A stretch of DNA of 64,000 nt from Eledone cirrhosa. Its lineage: Eukaryota. The position numbers and the translations under genes are program-made. Location: positions 48,360,001-48,424,000 of the forward strand of contig OZ024744.1 in assembly GCA_964016885.1 (NCBI GenBank). The letters are read 5' to 3'. Below, one piece after another: positions 14,014 through 25,598 of this stretch. The notes beneath the pieces were generated by a model, which saw nothing but the letters and a program-made list of their open reading frames with translations, was not told where the DNA came from and made no database searches. Position 1 is the stretch's first letter. Every line of letters begins with the position of its first letter.

Positions 14014-14204
14014 GTAGATAAATCTACCAAGAGTTTACGGTAGTGTCCAATCCGTATGAAGAACTCAATGTATTCCGGATATCATGGAAAGAAGAGATGC
14101 AATGAAAAACGACTTTCGGTGAAAGATAAACGGTATACAGAGTCAAGATAAAATATTAAACAAATAATGAACAAACAATTCCTTATATTAAACAAAAAAA
14201 GTTC

Positions 14205-14353
14205 ATTATTTAACGATCGTTTCTAGGATATATATGTGTTATAATTGGTATGCATATTCAACAGATCTATGTACAAAATTATACAAAATTATACAAATTA
14301 TCAAGATTAAATATACATACCAAACACATATATACGCCGTCTTCAGAAATAAT
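14205..14353 (-). ncRNA. Type I hammerhead ribozyme with a very long helix II
   Basis: Minus strand: attattt CTGAAGA [116 nt self-complementary] GAAA cgatcg TT aaataat. 7-bp helix I, palindromic helix III. Confidence 0.75.
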
Positions 14354-14470
14354 ATATATATAGCAGACTATATATATATATAGCAGACTGCCAATTCAAC
14401 TTTTCAAATGCAAGTCGATGTTGAAAGGTATGTCAAATCTATTTATTTATAAAACTGCCTATATTGTATT

Positions 14471-14525
14471 TTGTCTGAAGAAGGCATAACATATTGTTAA
14501 TATGATATCCCTGAAATATATATAA
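14471..14525 (+). ncRNA. Degenerate hammerhead motif
   Basis: ttgt CTGAAGA agg-c-ata-a-catatt gtt aatatg-a-tat-c-cct GAAA tata TA. Helix II is good; helix I register is imperfect. Confidence 0.5.
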
Positions 14526-14661
14526 TGAAATAAATATGGTTTTATAAATATAGTTTCCATTTATTTAATATCGTAAATATACTCCAAATACTTGTTGAGT
14601 GCTTTTATATCAGTTATAAATATTTACTCGTTGTAACCCAACAATTTAAATATAACTTTCC

Positions 14662-14711
<50 letters not shown>

Positions 14712-14715
<4 letters not shown>

Positions 14716-14985
14716 TTTCTGAATTTGTTTAGCAAGATTCTTTATCTGAAAACGTGTGTTGAGACCGATATTGTTATACTTTGGGAGGGTCATGTTGCCA
14801 ATAAGAAACACACGCACCAGTGCGTGTGTTTGGAAGTCTCCCCCCTATTGGGGAATTTTTCTTTGTTATTTTATTTCAACCTCTGTTTTTTTTACACGCA
14901 GAAATGCCCTTTTGTACCGTCCTGTATTGTCCTGTACTGTCCTTAATGTCTACTTTATGTAAACCCTTGTGGTTAATAAAGAAAA

Positions 14986-15033
<48 letters not shown>
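14712..15033 (+). mobile_element. 3' end of an unidentified retroposon with AATAAA and (TTA)n tail
   Basis: GTAAACCCTTGTGGTTAATAAAGAAAAC immediately followed by (ATT)n. Confidence 0.5.
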
Positions 15034-15034
<1 letters not shown>

Positions 15035-15037
<3 letters not shown>

Positions 15038-16481
15038 TGGCATTTGTTGACCTGGAAAATGATTGACAGAATCCTCCATGACATAATCTGGTGGGCTCTA
15101 AGAAAGCTAGGAGTAGATGAGAGGCTTGTTAAGATTGTACAAGCCATATATAGAGGAGCAGTCTGCAAAGTCAGGATTAAGAATGATATAGTGAAGAATT
15201 TAGCATGCAGGTGGGTGTCCACCAGGGCTCTGTTCTTAGTACTCAACTGTTTATTATCGTTTTGCAGGCTATAGCAGAGGAGTTTAAGACCAGCTACTCT
15301 TGGGAACTTCTGTACATGGATGATCTTACACTTATTGCTGAATCTATGGCAGAATTAGAAAAGAAATTCCAAATCTGGAAGCATTCCTAGAATCAAAGGG
15401 TCTTAAAGTTAACCTGACAAAAACTAAAGGTCCTAGTAAGTAGAAAGGAAAACAAGACCCTGATTGCCTCAAGGAAATGACCATGCTCAGTGTGCAGGAA
15501 AGGCGTAGATAGAAATTCCATCTGCTGTCCAAAATACAAACTATGGGTATGCAACAGATGTAGTGGGATCTCAGGTAGGTTAGCTAAAAATGTAGGTTAT
15601 GCATGTAACCATTGCACAGGAGCAGTAAGCAGTAAGCATCCACAGGAAACAAGCTTTATCAAATTCTTGGAGGGTTCTGTAGAAGCAGTAGATAGCTTCT
15701 GCTACCTGGGTGACCACATCGGCAGTGAAGGTGGGTGTTCCAAAGGTACAGTAGCCAGAGTGAGAACGGGATGGAAAAAGTTTAGGGAGCTACTACCATT
15801 TCTTGCTAAAAGGATTTTTCCTCAAAATGAAGGCCAGCTTGTATAAAGGCCAAATATATATGAACAGCAATGTTACATAGTAACAAGGACTGAGTGCTGT
15901 GTGCAGAGGACCTGCAAAGATTAGTAAGAAATGAAGTTGGCATGGATTTTAATAGTAATATACATGAATGGCAAAGCATAAATGAACTGACAGAGAAATT
16001 GGACATAAAAGGGATCAGATGCAGTGTGCTACAGAGGAGACAGTGTTGGTATGGACATGTGATGCGTCTGAAAGATGAGAACTGTATAAAAAGGTGCTGA
16101 AGGATCAAAGTTGATGGAAGCTAGGGAATAGGAAGACCTAGGAAGGACTTGGATGAGGTGATAAAATGTAATCATGCACAATGGCATCTCTCAAAGGCAA
16201 TGACATGCAGTAATATAGAAGACCCACCTTCTTCCATACACAGGTTGAAGCTTACATTTAGTATGCACCTTCTACAGTGCCTGGCTTACACTGTAAAGTG
16301 ATCGTGTAGGTGTCATGACAAAAAGTACCCAGTATATATTGTAAATGTGGTTGACATTAGGAAGGGCATCCAGTTGTATGAGCAAGACAAAATCAAATAA
16401 TCTGACTTATCACACAAAGGAACAACCCATACTAGAGTAAATAAATGAACATTAAATGGTGTTGTTGATGATGATGATGAT
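15035..16481 (+). mobile_element. 5'-truncated, degenerate RTE LINE
   Basis: Fragments IIWWALRKLGVDE, VGVHQGSVLS, PHD remnant, SFCYLGD and WYGHVMR. 3'UTR and GAT tail. Confidence 0.93.
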
Positions 16482-16560
16482 ATATATATATATATATATA
16501 CATATGACAGGTAAGTATGTATATATGTATGTATATGTATGTATATGTATGTATATGTAT

Positions 16561-17170
16561 GTCAGGCCACCAGTTGGTGCTACTGGTAACATGTATCCCA
16601 GTACAACCTGTCTCATGTTTGGGTTGTTGGCGACTAAACTGGCAACCCCACCAAGGTTTCTTGGTGAGGAGGGTGACTTTGGACATCCTGCAGGACTAAA
16701 AACAAAACCTGTCAAAATGCAAAGGAGCTCTTAAGAGTCAATGGCCATCCAAAATCACCAGGAGAGATGACCCCTTAGCCTTTGTCAAGGCAGAATTTTA
16801 GGAGAAGGAAAACTCTGATATAACACCTGCAACTCTGATGGTATCCAATGATGTTGACTTGTTCTTCTTTTTGGTAAACATCATCTTGGTCAAGAGAGTG
16901 GGACTGGCTTTGTGCAGTGCCTTTGCTCACTATAAAAGGTTCACGGCACAGGCATTGTTTTATATCTGGAGATCTCTCTGCACTTGTCGTCACATGGTAC
17001 CATGGGCCCAGCACTATGTGTCAATAATTGTCACAGGTGTAGTGTTTGTACCAGAGTTTTCAAGTCACTGACTGGGCTAAAAAGTCACACTCGTTCAGTG
17101 CATCGGTAGGGGTTCTCCTACATCGATATTAAGTAGTGGCCATACTCGAAAACGAGTTGGCAGCCACCAT
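16561..17170 (+). mobile_element. Non-coding interspersed repeat, probably derived from an RTE 5'UTR
   Basis: 16780-16950 is homologous to 31728-31920 (TAGGAGAAGG..ACTC.GA.ATAA.ACCTGC..GATGTTGA). Confidence 0.5.
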
Positions 17171-17515
17171 ATCATCATCATCATCATCACCTTGCTCATA
17201 CAGGAACTGATCTGGCTTGATTTTTACAGCTGGATGCCCTTCCTAACACCAACCTCATTTACAGTGAGTGCTGGGTGCTTTTTCGTGGCGCCTACATGTC
17301 CTCTTTACAGTGTGGGCTGGGTGCTTTTTTGCCGTGGCACCTCCACGACCACCTTGCGGTGGGGGGTGTGGGGGCATATTGTCTATATGCTTCAGCTTGT
17401 ACCCATGGGAGGTCGGGTACTCTGTATTACTGCGTGACGCCAGAAGTCACGGCCGTGTGTCATTGTCTTTGAGAGGTGTAATTGGGTAAGGTCGGCTTTT
17501 ATCACCTCATCCCAG
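17171..17515 (-). mobile_element. RTE family A 3'UTR fragment
   Basis: Near-identical to 25706-26037 and to the reverse complement of 4198-4521. Confidence 0.93.
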
Positions 17516-18054
17516 GTGAATAAATAAATAAATGTGTATATATATATATATATATAGTGTAGTAATAAATTTGTCATAAACGGTGTAGAGCTCAGACCAT
17601 GGGACGAGTTTTAATATATTATTAAATTCAATAAGACAATGAAGACATATGGTAGAGAAAACACTAGGACACGTATTGCAGTGCTGAATTTAATAACATA
17701 TATATATACTAGATTGATTAAATTCACAACATTTTCACCTGTCGAATGTGTGTTTCACTATGTAAGTAATAATTTCCCCAGCGAAACGAACATATTTCAG
17801 AGATGAAAATGTAAATTTCAGCTAATTTTGTATATTACATGTCCTTCGAACCTGAATGAACTGCCAACTTTGGATATAAATTTTTTTTACAAAATTCGCT
17901 AATATATATAGGGTTGGTAAAATTATATATATTAACTTTTCTACGGAAATATGCATATATAAATATATACATATATAAATATATATATACATATATAAAT
18001 ATATATATATACATATATATATATATATGTATATATATATATTTATATATATAT

Positions 18055-18395
18055 GGAGGCACATGGCTTAGTGGTTAGAGCATTGGCCTTGCAATCAAAA
18101 GGTTGTGAGTTCAATTCTCAGACCGGGTGATGTGTTGTTTCCTTGAGCAAGACACTTTATTTCATATTGCTCCAGTTTACTCAGCTGTAGAAATGAAATG
18201 ATAGGGACTGGGGTCCCTATCATTCCACTGCAAAGTGGTCGTGGAGGTGCCATGGCAAAAAAGCACCCAGCACTCACTGTAAATGAGGTTGGTGTTAGGA
18301 AGGGCATCCAGCTGTAGAAATCAAGCCAGAATCAGTTCCAGTCCCACCCTTGCAAGCAGGGATAAAGCGGACGTAAAATGAAATGATGATGATGA
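18055..18395 (+). mobile_element. tRNA-headed SINE (family S2) with RTE-related 3' half
   Basis: A box TGGCTTAGTGG, B box GAGTTCAATTC, central CTTGAGCAAGACACTT, 3' part matching the RTE 3'UTR, GAT tail. Confidence 0.93.
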
Positions 18396-18483
18396 TATAT
18401 ATACACAAATATATATATATGTATATATATATTTGTACATATATACATACAAACATATAGATATATATACTCTCTTCTATTCT

Positions 18484-18804
18484 ATCATTTTACGTCCGCT
18501 TTCCCATGCTTGCAAGGGTGGGACTGGAACTGATTCTGGCTTGATTTCTACATGCCCTTCCTAACACTAACCTCATTTACAGTGAGTGGTGGGTGCTTTT
18601 TTGCCATGGCACCTCCACGACCACTTTGCAGTGGAGTGATAGGAACCCCAGTCCCTATCATTTCATTTCTACAGCTGAGTAAACTGGAGCAATGTGAAAT
18701 AAAGTGTCTTGCTCAAGGAAACAACACATCACCCTGTCTGAGAATTGAACTCACAACCTTTCGATTGCAAGGACAATGCTCTAACCACTAAGCCATGTGC
18801 CTCC

Positions 18805-18805
<1 letters not shown>
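18484..18805 (-). mobile_element. SINE family S2
   Basis: Inverted near-identical copy of 18055-18395. Confidence 0.93.
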
Positions 18806-18855
<50 letters not shown>

Positions 18856-19645
18856 TTTATATATGATGATGCCAATACTAGCCCAATCAAACATTTAGTG
18901 CTCATCGGCTCAAAGCAATCACATTATATATTTTAAAGGCCTGACATAACTTCATCTATATAAAGGGTCTTTATACAAAAGCCCTTTATACAAAACCTCT
19001 TGAAATTATTTAACATGACAGTTAATTTAGGGGAGAAGACTTAAATGAAGTGGGTCCCTATTTTTGAGGTATTATACTAATGGATAGATATGCCTGCAGG
19101 GGTCTATTGGCAGGGTGTTGGGGTGTGGTTATTTTTTAAGGAGCCGCTCATCCCTCTATGTGTATGCGTGTGTCTGTTGTTTATGTGTGTGTGTGAGAGT
19201 GAGTGTGTGTCTGCTTGCATATGTCTCATTGTGTGTGTGCACACCCACCCTATATGTGTATATGTATGTGTATATATATATATACATATATATATGTATA
19301 TATATAAATAAATCTATGTATATATTTATATATATATATACATATATACATACATATATGTATACACACACACACATATATATATACACACACACATGTA
19401 TATGATGAGAGGGGGGGGATCAGGAATGACAAGTTCTCCAACACATATTTCTTAGCTTAAACACCCATAACCATCTATATACACCCATATATAGCTGTAT
19501 ACAGACATTACCAGGTGTATATACCCACCAAGAGGGACATAAATCAAATTTATTACAATTTTATGAGTGACACATGGTAGAGGGGATTTGTAGAGAGCCC
19601 TAAAAACATACTCTAGGCGTAATATTTTGTGTAATATATATATAC

Positions 19646-19676
<31 letters not shown>

Positions 19677-19706
19677 CACATATATACATACATATATATA
19701 CATATA

Positions 19707-19749
<43 letters not shown>

Positions 19750-19751
<2 letters not shown>

Positions 19752-20091
19752 CATCATTCATCATCATTTCATTTTACGTCTGCTTTTCCCTGCTAGCAAG
19801 GGTGGGACGGGAACTGATTCTGGCTTGATTTCTACAGCTGGATGCCCTTCCTAACACCAACCTCATTTACAGTGAGTGATGGGTGCTTTTTTGCCGTGGC
19901 ACCTCCACGACCACTTTGCAGTGGAATGATAGGGACCGCAGTCCCTATCATCTCATTTCTACAGCAGAGTAAACTGGAGCAATGTGAAATAAAGTGTCTT
20001 GCTCAAGGAAACAACACATCACCCGGTCTGAGAATTGAACTCACAACCTTTCGATTGCAAGGCCAATGCTCTAACCATTAAGCCATGTGCT
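19750..20091 (-). mobile_element. SINE family S2
   Basis: Third copy, near-identical to 18484-18805. Confidence 0.93.
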
Positions 20092-20102
20092 TAATATATA
20101 TA

Positions 20103-20453
20103 TGTAAAAGGTAAACAGAAATAACAACACAATTGGTACAGTATATGGAAGATATATAGTAGGTTAATGCTTGAAATAGTAGGAAGAGGGTCTTAACGTT
20201 TCAGACGCTAGTCCTTCATCAGAAGAAAGAATGAGAAATAAGATAAATTGAGGGGACGGGTGGGAGGGAATTGGAAAAATGTCTTGAGATAAAAATAACA
20301 GGTCCAGTCATGTTGACATCTCTTGCAAAACTGTTGGTGCTGGCTTTTTGTGTATGATTTATTTTTTAGAATAGTGGATGACGGAGCGCGTTGACCTGAA
20401 ATGGAAAAAAATTGTTTTGTAAAAAGAGCTATACTTGAGCACGTGCGTAAGCA

Positions 20454-20500
<47 letters not shown>

Positions 20501-22700
20501 ATAGGTCCGTACGAAGCTAAGAAGAAATGTGTGTGTATATGTGAGTAAAAGAGTGTGTGTGCATCTAAGTACGAAGCTATGAGCAAAAGTATGTTAATAT
20601 AAGGGTGTGTATCAGCATGTATTAGTTGTAAGAGAAGCTGCTAATGATCAAGAGAAAGCGATAGGAATCTAGGGGTGTGATAATGGACGGGGTATTAGAG
20701 AAATTGGGGAGGTGAGTTGAGTCCAAGAAAGGAATAGGACCCAAGATGGTGAATCAGACTTTGTTCAGTCCTGGTGCGTGAGGCCTGTGATCCATGATGT
20801 AAAAAGACACCCAGGACAAACATGTAGGGAAGAATGACCAGGAGAACAGAAATGATGGGCGACAGGAGTATCCAAACTGAGTCTGATGTCCCTCAAATGC
20901 TCGGCAAAATGGTCCACCATATGGCATCCCATTTGTCCGATATATAAAGACCTACAAAGGGAACACCGGAGGGCATAGACGTGGGTGGATGTGCAGGAGA
21001 AGGAATGGCGGCTACAGAAAGACTCGTTAGGGCCTGTAAAAGTTGTGAGGGTGGAAATAAAGGGACAAGTGTTGCAGCGGGAACGGGAACAAGGATGAGA
21101 GCCGGGTGGAGTCGTGGGAGAGGACGAAAAAGAACAGCAAACCAGGAGGTCGCAGAGGTTGCAGGCGCGCTTAAAAGTAGTAATGGGTAGGTTTGGAAAA
21201 AAGTGAGAAGTGACGGGGCTCAGAAGAGAGGATACAGAAGGAACGGAGGACATGTTGCCAGAGTGGTAGGGTGATGGGGTGGTAGGTGAGAGGGAAAGGA
21301 ACACAGGTGTTGGGAGGGTGGGGGGTGAGGTGAAAGGGCTGTGGTGCGGTCTGTTTCACGGGCGCGGGTGAGAGCAGCTTGGATCAGGGTGGGGGGATAT
21401 CCATGCTGGATGAAGCAGTAAGCCATGCAAAGGGAATGGGTTTCGAAATTGTCGTCTTGGCTACAGAGTCGATGAAGACGAAGGAATTGGGAATAGGGTA
21501 TGGAGTGTTTGGTGTGGGTTGGATGGGAGGAGGTGAAGTCGAGGTAAGATTGGGAGTCTGTAGAGAGGGTGTGGTGAGAGTAATTAATAGATAGAGAGAT
21601 ATCTAGAAAAGCGACAGAAGAATCGGAGACGGAGGCGGTGAAATTGAGAGCAGGATAGAAAGATTGGACAAAAGAAAGAAAACAGTCAAGTTGTTCTCGT
21701 GAGGTGGTGTCGATACAGCCGTCAATATAATGACCGTATAGCTAAGGAGTCGGTCCAGCGTACTGGGAGAAGATCTGGGCTTCGATGTAGTCAACAAACA
21801 AGTTGGCATAGTTTGGACCCATTCTGGTTCCCAACGCTACCCCAGAGACCTGCTGATAAAATTCACCCGAAAAGAAAATCCATTGAGGGTGAGAACAAGC
21901 TCAGCCAGATGGAGAAGAGTGGTAGTGCTGGGATAAGGGGTAGGGCGTAAATCTAAAAAATGTTGGAGAGCGCAGAGGCCGTCATCATGAGAGATGACGG
22001 TATAGAGAGAAGTGATGTCCACGGTAAAGAGAAGGCAGGAGGGACCAGCAGGGAAGAAGAAAGAGTTGAAGAGTCTAAGGGCAGGATTTGTATCGTGTAT
22101 GTGAGAGGGGAGATTGCCGACCAACAGGGCGAGGATGGTGTCTAAATATTCAGAAATTATCTTGGTGGGGCAGTTGCAGGCAGAAACGATAGGACGGTCA
22201 GGATTATTTTTTTTGTGTATTTTGGGGAGGAAGTAGATGGTGGGTGTGCGAGGGGTGCGTTCAATAAGGTTGGTGGCTGTGAGGGGTATATGAGAGGAGG
22301 AGATGAGCTCATGGATGGTGGAGGACACGAGTTGTTGATAGCCAGGAGTGGAGTCGAAGGATAAAGGGGCGGTAAAAAAGGGTATTGAGAAGCTGGTGGA
22401 GAGCCTCAGCCCTATAGAGGTCAGCGCTCCAAACCACCACAGCACCACCTTTGTCAGCAGGTTTGATGACAATGTCATTGCGACGCCGAAGGTTGCGAAG
22501 AGCGGAGAGCTCAGTTTGCGTGATGTTGGAGTGACAAGAATGGTGGTGGAAATGGAACCGATTCACAGTATGCCGGCAAGTATCGACAAAGGAGTCGAGG
22601 GTGGTGAACTGGCCAGAGCTTGGCATCCAATGTGATTGCCGGCGACTGAGCCAAGTCATCGTCTGTGTCGATGATGGCGTGTCGTGAAAAAAAAGCTTTC
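20103..22700 (-). mobile_element. 5'-truncated Penelope-like element (Neptune-type): RT, Cys linker, GIY-YIG endonuclease and 3' terminal repeat
   Basis: IVIKPADKGGAVVV, YFLPKIHK..RPIVS, DITSLYT, linker CSRSRCNTC, VYALRCSLC..LYIGQ...EH. Frameshifted; both ends in (TA)n. Confidence 0.95.
20191..20226 (-). ncRNA. Minimal PLE-type hammerhead ribozyme
   Basis: Minus strand: tctt CTGATGA a-ggac-tagc-gtct GAAA c g TT aaga. Loopless palindromic helix III (AACGTT). Confidence 0.85.
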
Positions 22701-22731
22701 ATATATATATACATACATATTTATACATACA

Positions 22732-22781
<50 letters not shown>

Positions 22782-23056
22782 CATATATATATATACATAT
22801 ATATATACATGTGTGTGTGCCTATATGTGTGTATACATACACATGCACATATATATATTTATACATTTATACATACATATCATCATCATTGTGGTTTTAA
22901 CATTGGCTTTCCCTGCTAGCAAGGGTATACAATACATATATATACACTCATACATGCATATGTTTGTCATTGGAAATGGTAATTGTCAGAGGATACGGGT
23001 CTTTATGCTTTAACTAAGGAAACAATTGTAGGCAGAATGCCATTTTGTATGTAGTG

Positions 23057-23095
<39 letters not shown>

Positions 23096-23589
23096 GAAGA
23101 TATGGTATATATAAAAATATATACTGACTTGGTGACCAATAACCCTTCAATGTAAAGGTGCTAACATTTCTGAAACAATGGGAACTCACAGGATATCGTT
23201 CTTGGTACAACAATTTAGATATCTTGTACAAAAAAACAAAAAAAAACAAACAACCTATAGAACATATAATCAGTTAGAACAATGAAATGTTACTTATTTT
23301 ATATTACACAGACACAAATACATATATATGTGTGAGTGTGCGTGTGTTTGTGTGTGTCCCCACTTGTCTGTAGACTTAAAAGTAATGGGTAAGTGGCCAC
23401 TTTGATTTAATGTAATGGTAGCACTATTTGGTGTAGGGCAACTGTAAGTTCAAGCTCCACGGGTAATGCTGTCCACTTCTTTCCTATACTATGATTTTAT
23501 AGTAAAATGCCTAAATTGTTTGATTATTTTCCATGGTAAAAAAAAATCTGTTGAAAAACTTTTGCCAATACCAGGAACAATCCATAGAA

Positions 23590-24213
23590 GTAGCTGATAG
23601 CTACTGCTACCTTGGTGATCTAATTTGAAGTAGAGGAGGTTACTCTGAGCATAGTAACAAGAATAACAATAGGAAAGAAAAAATTCAGGGATCTACTACT
23701 TCTGTTGACAATGAAAGGTTTCTCACTATGAAAGAAAGAATGGCAACATGATGCCTGTGTGTATTGCCCAATGCTGCATGTCAGTAAGATATGGGCAATG
23801 AACACAGAGGATATGAAAAGTCTAGAGAGAAATGAAGCAAGCAGGCTCTGGTGGATGTATAACATTAATTTGAGTGAACAACAAAGCCTGGGTGAACTGA
23901 GAGAAAAGCTAGATATAGGAAGAATTAGTTGTAGTGTGCAGGAGAGAAGCCTATGTTGATATGGACATGTGATGCACATGAAGGATAATAATCAATGGCT
24001 GAAGAAGTGCAAAAAATCCCAGTGGAGGAAACCCACAGTAGAGGAAAACTGAGGAAAATTTTGGCGGAGGTTGTAAGAGCTAACCTCAAATTGCTAAATC
24101 TCACAGAGATGACAAAGGATCATGATGAGTGGAGGCAAGCTGTGCTAAAAAAGACCTGACCAACTGATACAAAGCATAGAAAAGTGGATATAAAATAGTA
24201 TTGATGATAATGA
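23590..24213 (+). mobile_element. Degenerate RTE LINE 3' fragment
   Basis: CYLGD, MLHVSKIW, LERNEAS, CSVQER and YGHV remnants. Decayed GAT tail. Confidence 0.85.
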
Positions 24214-24311
24214 TATATATATATATATTATATACCACTCTCATTGCATATTCAGTATTCTCCCACCTTCTGATATTTACAAAAAAAAAATTACCATATG
24301 TATATAATATA

Positions 24312-24575
24312 CATCATCATCATCATTTTACATCTACACTTCCATGATTACATTTGCTAGATAGATCCTTTCCACCTCTACCGTTAACATTCTTTTTGTT
24401 ATCTCTTCTGTGAGGTTCATCATTTTGAGATCAGCTCAAACTACTTCTGCCCAGGTCTTTCTCAGTCTTCCTCTATTGCAGCTTTTTCCTACTGACACCA
24501 CATGCCACTTTTTCCTCTAGTATCTATCATCCTTATGCTTCACATGTCCATAACAACAAAGTTTTCTCTCTTGCA
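24312..24575 (-). mobile_element. Degenerate RTE LINE 3' end
   Basis: (CAT)n tail, then the reverse complement of the RTE terminal region (GRLRKTWAEV). Confidence 0.7.
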
Positions 24576-25020
24576 CACTCTTTGATTATACTTATATTCA
24601 ATTTTTCTCATATATATATATGATATAAGTACTATTTCTAGTATCATTAAAAGCCTGTTGTAATGTCCTAATATATAGAGGGATATATGTCCATTTAGTA
24701 GTTCAATGACACAAGCTGTAGGACACTCCATCCTGTTATGACAATGACATGGTTTGTATGCTATCTATTCAATATTTTCTCTACTTCCAAAGAATATTAA
24801 AATAATTAATATTGTTTCTTCATTCCAGAAACTGCAGTTGAGGATATTATATGAGTGAAACTGACTTATTTTAGTTTGTCTAACTTTTATACCACCAATA
24901 AAGATTTTGGCTTAAGATTAATATGTTTCATTGCTTCTCTGAGTTGATAATTTATCTTTTCATTGAGATGGCTGAATATATTAGAGACAAATAACTTTAA
25001 AATTGATATATATATATATA

Positions 25021-25342
25021 TCGGGCACTGATGACCATGGTTATGCACCTGGAAAATATTCCCTCCAAGGCACAATCCTGGGCAAGGTTTGTTAGTGGAA
25101 GACCTGGAGTCACCTACACATACCAGCCTCCCCTCTCCACGCCACCGATGTTGTCCAAGGGAAAGGCAGTGGTCGAGACAACTCAACACCAGTGACGTCG
25201 CAACACATTTCTAAAGCTGAGAAATAGGAACAGCGTGATAGTATCTTGCTTAAGGGCACAACACATCACCTGGTTCGAGAATCAAACTCACAACCTCATG
25301 ATTACAAGCCCAATGCTCTAACCACTAATCCATGTGCCTTCA
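25021..25342 (-). mobile_element. tRNA-derived SINE (family S3): S2-like head, different body and tail
   Basis: Minus strand GGCACATGGATTAGTGGTTAGAGC..GAGTTTGATTC..CTTAAGCAAGATACT, then an unrelated GC-richer 3' half. Confidence 0.8.
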
Positions 25343-25598
25343 CACACACATATATATATACATACTCTACTCAGCACCAGACATAAAAAATTCTGATCCT
25401 TAATACCAAGTGTGTCAGCCAGCACTGAGTGAATTAATGTCCCTGATGATAGATTAACAATCCTGAAATACTAGAGTAATACTATATTATTTGGTGTTCT
25501 CACATGACTATTGAGGTAATTATGATCACAGTTCAATATAACCACATTAAGACTTATGTATGTTTACGATACATAAACATATTGTATATACTTCATGT

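Noticed and set aside
18055-18130. tRNA genes at SINE heads (also 32006, 25270, 45212)
   Set aside because: A/B boxes continue directly into SINE bodies; these are not standalone tRNAs.
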